The notes under the pieces were generated by a model. It had not been told where the DNA came from and did no database searches. It saw only the letters and a list, made by a program, of their open reading frames with translations. Shown one piece after another: positions 40,317-42,529 of a stretch of 42,529 nt of DNA. The stretch is from IMG/VR virus record IMGVR_UViG_3300042334_000755, positions 1-42,529 of that record. The stretch is one strand, 5' to 3'. Positions within the stretch are counted from its first letter, which is position 1. Each line of letters starts with the position of its first letter. A program made the translations under genes and the position numbers. Source of the stretch: a virus. Its lineage: Duplodnaviria > Caudoviricetes.

Positions 40317-40823
40317 TTATCTTAAGAATTCTTCAATATCTAAATCATAGTACATACTGTTTATTTTATGAACTCCGATCAGATACAATACATACGAGGC
40401 TACCGAACTACCTCGTCCTACTCCCCACACTATGTTATGTTTTCTCATAGTGTCTACTAAGTATTTAAGATACTGTAGTAGTTGAAATAAATTTCTATCC
40501 AAATATAATAATAATTCTTCACCAACTCTTTGACGTTCTGAATCAGTTTGACATTGATCTAATATCCATTTGGCAATATCCAGATTTTTATATTCATCTG
40601 GCATATACCAATTAGATTGTAATCTTTTATCAAATTCTTCTATTGTTTCGGTTGATGTTACATATTGAATTAATTGTGGAATATTGGTTAATTCCAAATC
40701 ATCATTGATATTTATACTATGATCTATTAGAGTTTTTGACACTACTCTATTTGGATTTTGTAAATAAAGATTACATAATTCTTTTTCTGATAAAATAATT
40801 TGTCCGTAATTGTCAGTTCTCAT
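40317..40823 (-). CDS. dnaE: DNA polymerase III alpha-like (DnaE) fragment, N-terminal half of split mini-DnaE
   Basis: R..EEL, GVGRGSSVASYVLYLIGVHKIN...DL..EEFL (cf. GPGRGSGAGSLVAYAL.IT..DP...LLFERFL); start reassigned to MRTDNY (40823) after TTGACT-N17-TACTAT. Confidence 0.85.
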   Translation of the reverse strand: MRTDNYGQIILSEKELCNLYLQNPNRVVSKTLIDHSININDDLELTNIPQLIQYVTSTETIEEFDKRLQSNWYMPDEYKNLDIAKWILDQCQTDSERQRVGEELLLYLDRNLFQLLQYLKYLVDTMRKHNIVWGVGRGSSVASYVLYLIGVHKINSMYYDLDIEEFLR

Positions 40824-40870
40824 CTGTATATAGTAACACAAATAATAGTTAAAGTCAACTGTATTTGACG

Positions 40871-41113
40871 TTATTGGATATCTATTTTACCACTAATTAC
40901 GCCAGATTCTTCTTTCCAAAGTGCATCTTGTTTTACAGAATATTCGGCTCTATATGTGTTAAGAGTCATTGTTAATTGATTAATCATGGCTTGATGTTGA
41001 ATTCTATATGCATAGTTTAACTTTTTGCTTAAACTACTTATAATTTCAGACAATTCGTCCATTGATTTATCACTTACATCCCCGATTAACGGGTGTCCCA
41101 TTCCATGATTCAT
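40871..41113 (-). CDS. Hypothetical protein (80 aa)
   Basis: ORF track; helical. Confidence 0.65.
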   Translation of the reverse strand: MNHGMGHPLIGDVSDKSMDELSEIISSLSKKLNYAYRIQHQAMINQLTMTLNTYRAEYSVKQDALWKEESGVISGKIDIQ

Positions 41114-41117
41114 ATTA

Positions 41118-42131
41118 TCACCAAGTTTGAGTTGCTACTTTATTCCAAATTAGAGTACTACCATCGTAATCATTAGTACAGAAGTACATATAATTATCAA
41201 TTTCTAATAATGTGGCAGATGCAGCTGCACCTGATCCACTTGAGGTTGGATCAACAATAGATATCACTGGTGCATATAGATATCCACTTCCACTTTCAGT
41301 TACAGTAATATTAGTTATTATTCCCGCTACTACAGTGGCAGTAGCAGTGGCTTGAACACCACCATCTACGTCTGGTAGAGGTATAACAACTGTAGCCGTT
41401 GTATATGTAGTACCTGGACTATCTATATCAATAGTATCTATACCAAATCCTGCACCAATACATACATTACCACTATAATCACCCTGTCTGCCAATTTGAT
41501 CTGTAACGATTCTTTTAACCACTTGTTGTGATTGTCTTGGATGATCCATTGGTGCAATTTCAATATTAGTTCCGCAATCTATTGTACTGAACAAATAATG
41601 AACTTGTATTGCATCACTAGGCAAACCAATTTGCCCACCAGGAAATTGACCGTTAGATACATAATTTTGTATTGTAGTAAATCCATTAGTAACATTATCT
41701 GGTAAATCAATAGTGGCCAGACTATCTCCTATTTGTAAAATTACCTGTACATTACTCTGAGTTCCTGTTGGTGCCCACTTTGCAAATTGTAATTGAATAT
41801 TTCCTGTGATTACACCATATTGAACATCACCATTAGTTACATCAATGATTACTGTTCCCGATAAATTATTACCTAAATTAAAAGTTGTTGCTCTAAATCC
41901 CAATGTCAATGCATTACTAATTTGAGCATTGTTCATGTCATTATTAAGAGTGGTTCCAGTCAGTGCAGCCTTTAATATAGCCTTATTTTGTAAATCACCG
42001 ATCTCTGTACCAGCGATAGTTAGATTGTTTCTGATTGCCGAAAAGTTTGTTCTAAATCCTTGACTAGAGTTATTAACTCCAGGAGTTGGGAAGTTTACGT
42101 CAATTGATCCAGTATTAATAGTAGAGGTCAT
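41118..42131 (-). CDS. Virion structural protein (tail/baseplate-associated)
   Basis: Thr/Gly/Asn-rich; FPTPGVNNSSQGFR.NF N-terminus; I.I..PG..YT...ATATA...GSGY..AP repeats; TAAATA at 42152-42157. Confidence 0.7.
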   Translation of the reverse strand: MTSTINTGSIDVNFPTPGVNNSSQGFRTNFSAIRNNLTIAGTEIGDLQNKAILKAALTGTTLNNDMNNAQISNALTLGFRATTFNLGNNLSGTVIIDVTNGDVQYGVITGNIQLQFAKWAPTGTQSNVQVILQIGDSLATIDLPDNVTNGFTTIQNYVSNGQFPGGQIGLPSDAIQVHYLFSTIDCGTNIEIAPMDHPRQSQQVVKRIVTDQIGRQGDYSGNVCIGAGFGIDTIDIDSPGTTYTTATVVIPLPDVDGGVQATATATVVAGIITNITVTESGSGYLYAPVISIVDPTSSGSGAAASATLLEIDNYMYFCTNDYDGSTLIWNKVATQTW

Positions 42132-42154
42132 AATTTATCCAGTTATTGTAATAT

Positions 42155-42529
42155 TTATTGTGTTTGGTTTGGTAGAATAGTTTTTCTTGGGAAATAGATA
42201 TAACTATCAGCATCGTTATTAGTAACATTTGGTTGAGCACTTGGTAGTGTATCCCAAATTGGTTGTCCATTAATGTTTACACCATCATAATTATATGTTT
42301 TGCTACGATCCACTTCAAATCTATCCAATTGAAAATCAATTTCATTTAATTTGTATGGCCATAATGTCTCAATGTTATTTTTAATAATCTCTCCAAATCC
42401 AACTTTAGTGTAACAGATAACCCACGCTGGAGTAAATCCAGGGATAGATCCATCTAGTTGTTGACTAACCATCCAAGTTGGTAATAATGATTGATCGTTA
42501 ATTTGTCCAAGAGAATCATATATCTGTTG
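42155..42529 (-). CDS. C-terminal part of a larger structural (baseplate-like) protein; 5' end outside window
   Basis: Frame is open beyond the ORF-track start to the window edge (...LLPTWMVSQQ..GF.PAWVICYTK.G...F.LDRF). Confidence 0.6.
   Translation of the reverse strand, partial: QQIYDSLGQINDQSLLPTWMVSQQLDGSIPGFTPAWVICYTKVGFGEIIKNNIETLWPYKLNEIDFQLDRFEVDRSKTYNYDGVNINGQPIWDTLPSAQPNVTNNDADSYIYFPRKTILPNQTQ

Overview
AT-rich, densely coding segment of a large dsDNA tailed phage genome, with nearly all genes on the minus strand and standard genetic code 11. Gene content resembles T4-superfamily-related jumbo myophages (RaK2/GAP32-like by gene set; inference). It holds a replication/recombination module (DnaB/gp41-type helicase, DnaG-type primase, UvsW, UvsX, UvsY, gp32 SSB, clamp loader, and a miniature DnaE/Pol III alpha split into two genes about 35 kb apart), a terminase large subunit, virion proteins, chaperones (ClpA, DnaJ, GroES-like), PhoH, a HAD nucleotidase and several modifying enzymes. 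Two promoter classes are readable: sigma70-type TTGACA-N17-TAxxxT and T4-late-like TAAATA boxes. The best candidate novel system is a cassette of two paralogous Dam-family adenine methyltransferases flanking a predicted PD-(D/E)xK nuclease. The nuclease has its own late promoter and the same MKI-x-E N-terminus as a set of predicted head-packaged proteins (kinase, nucleotidyltransferase/ADP-ribosyltransferase polyprotein, Pro-rich protein), suggesting a virion-delivered restriction-like effector with early self-methylation. Regulatory patterns include TAAATA-N7-ATG leaderless late genes, start-occluding hairpins containing late promoters, a repeated GTGTTG-N8-CAACAC early-promoter module and a probable AUU start codon. 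No tRNA, rRNA, CRISPR array or transposase was recognised. All family calls are by-eye motif recognition; no searches were run.
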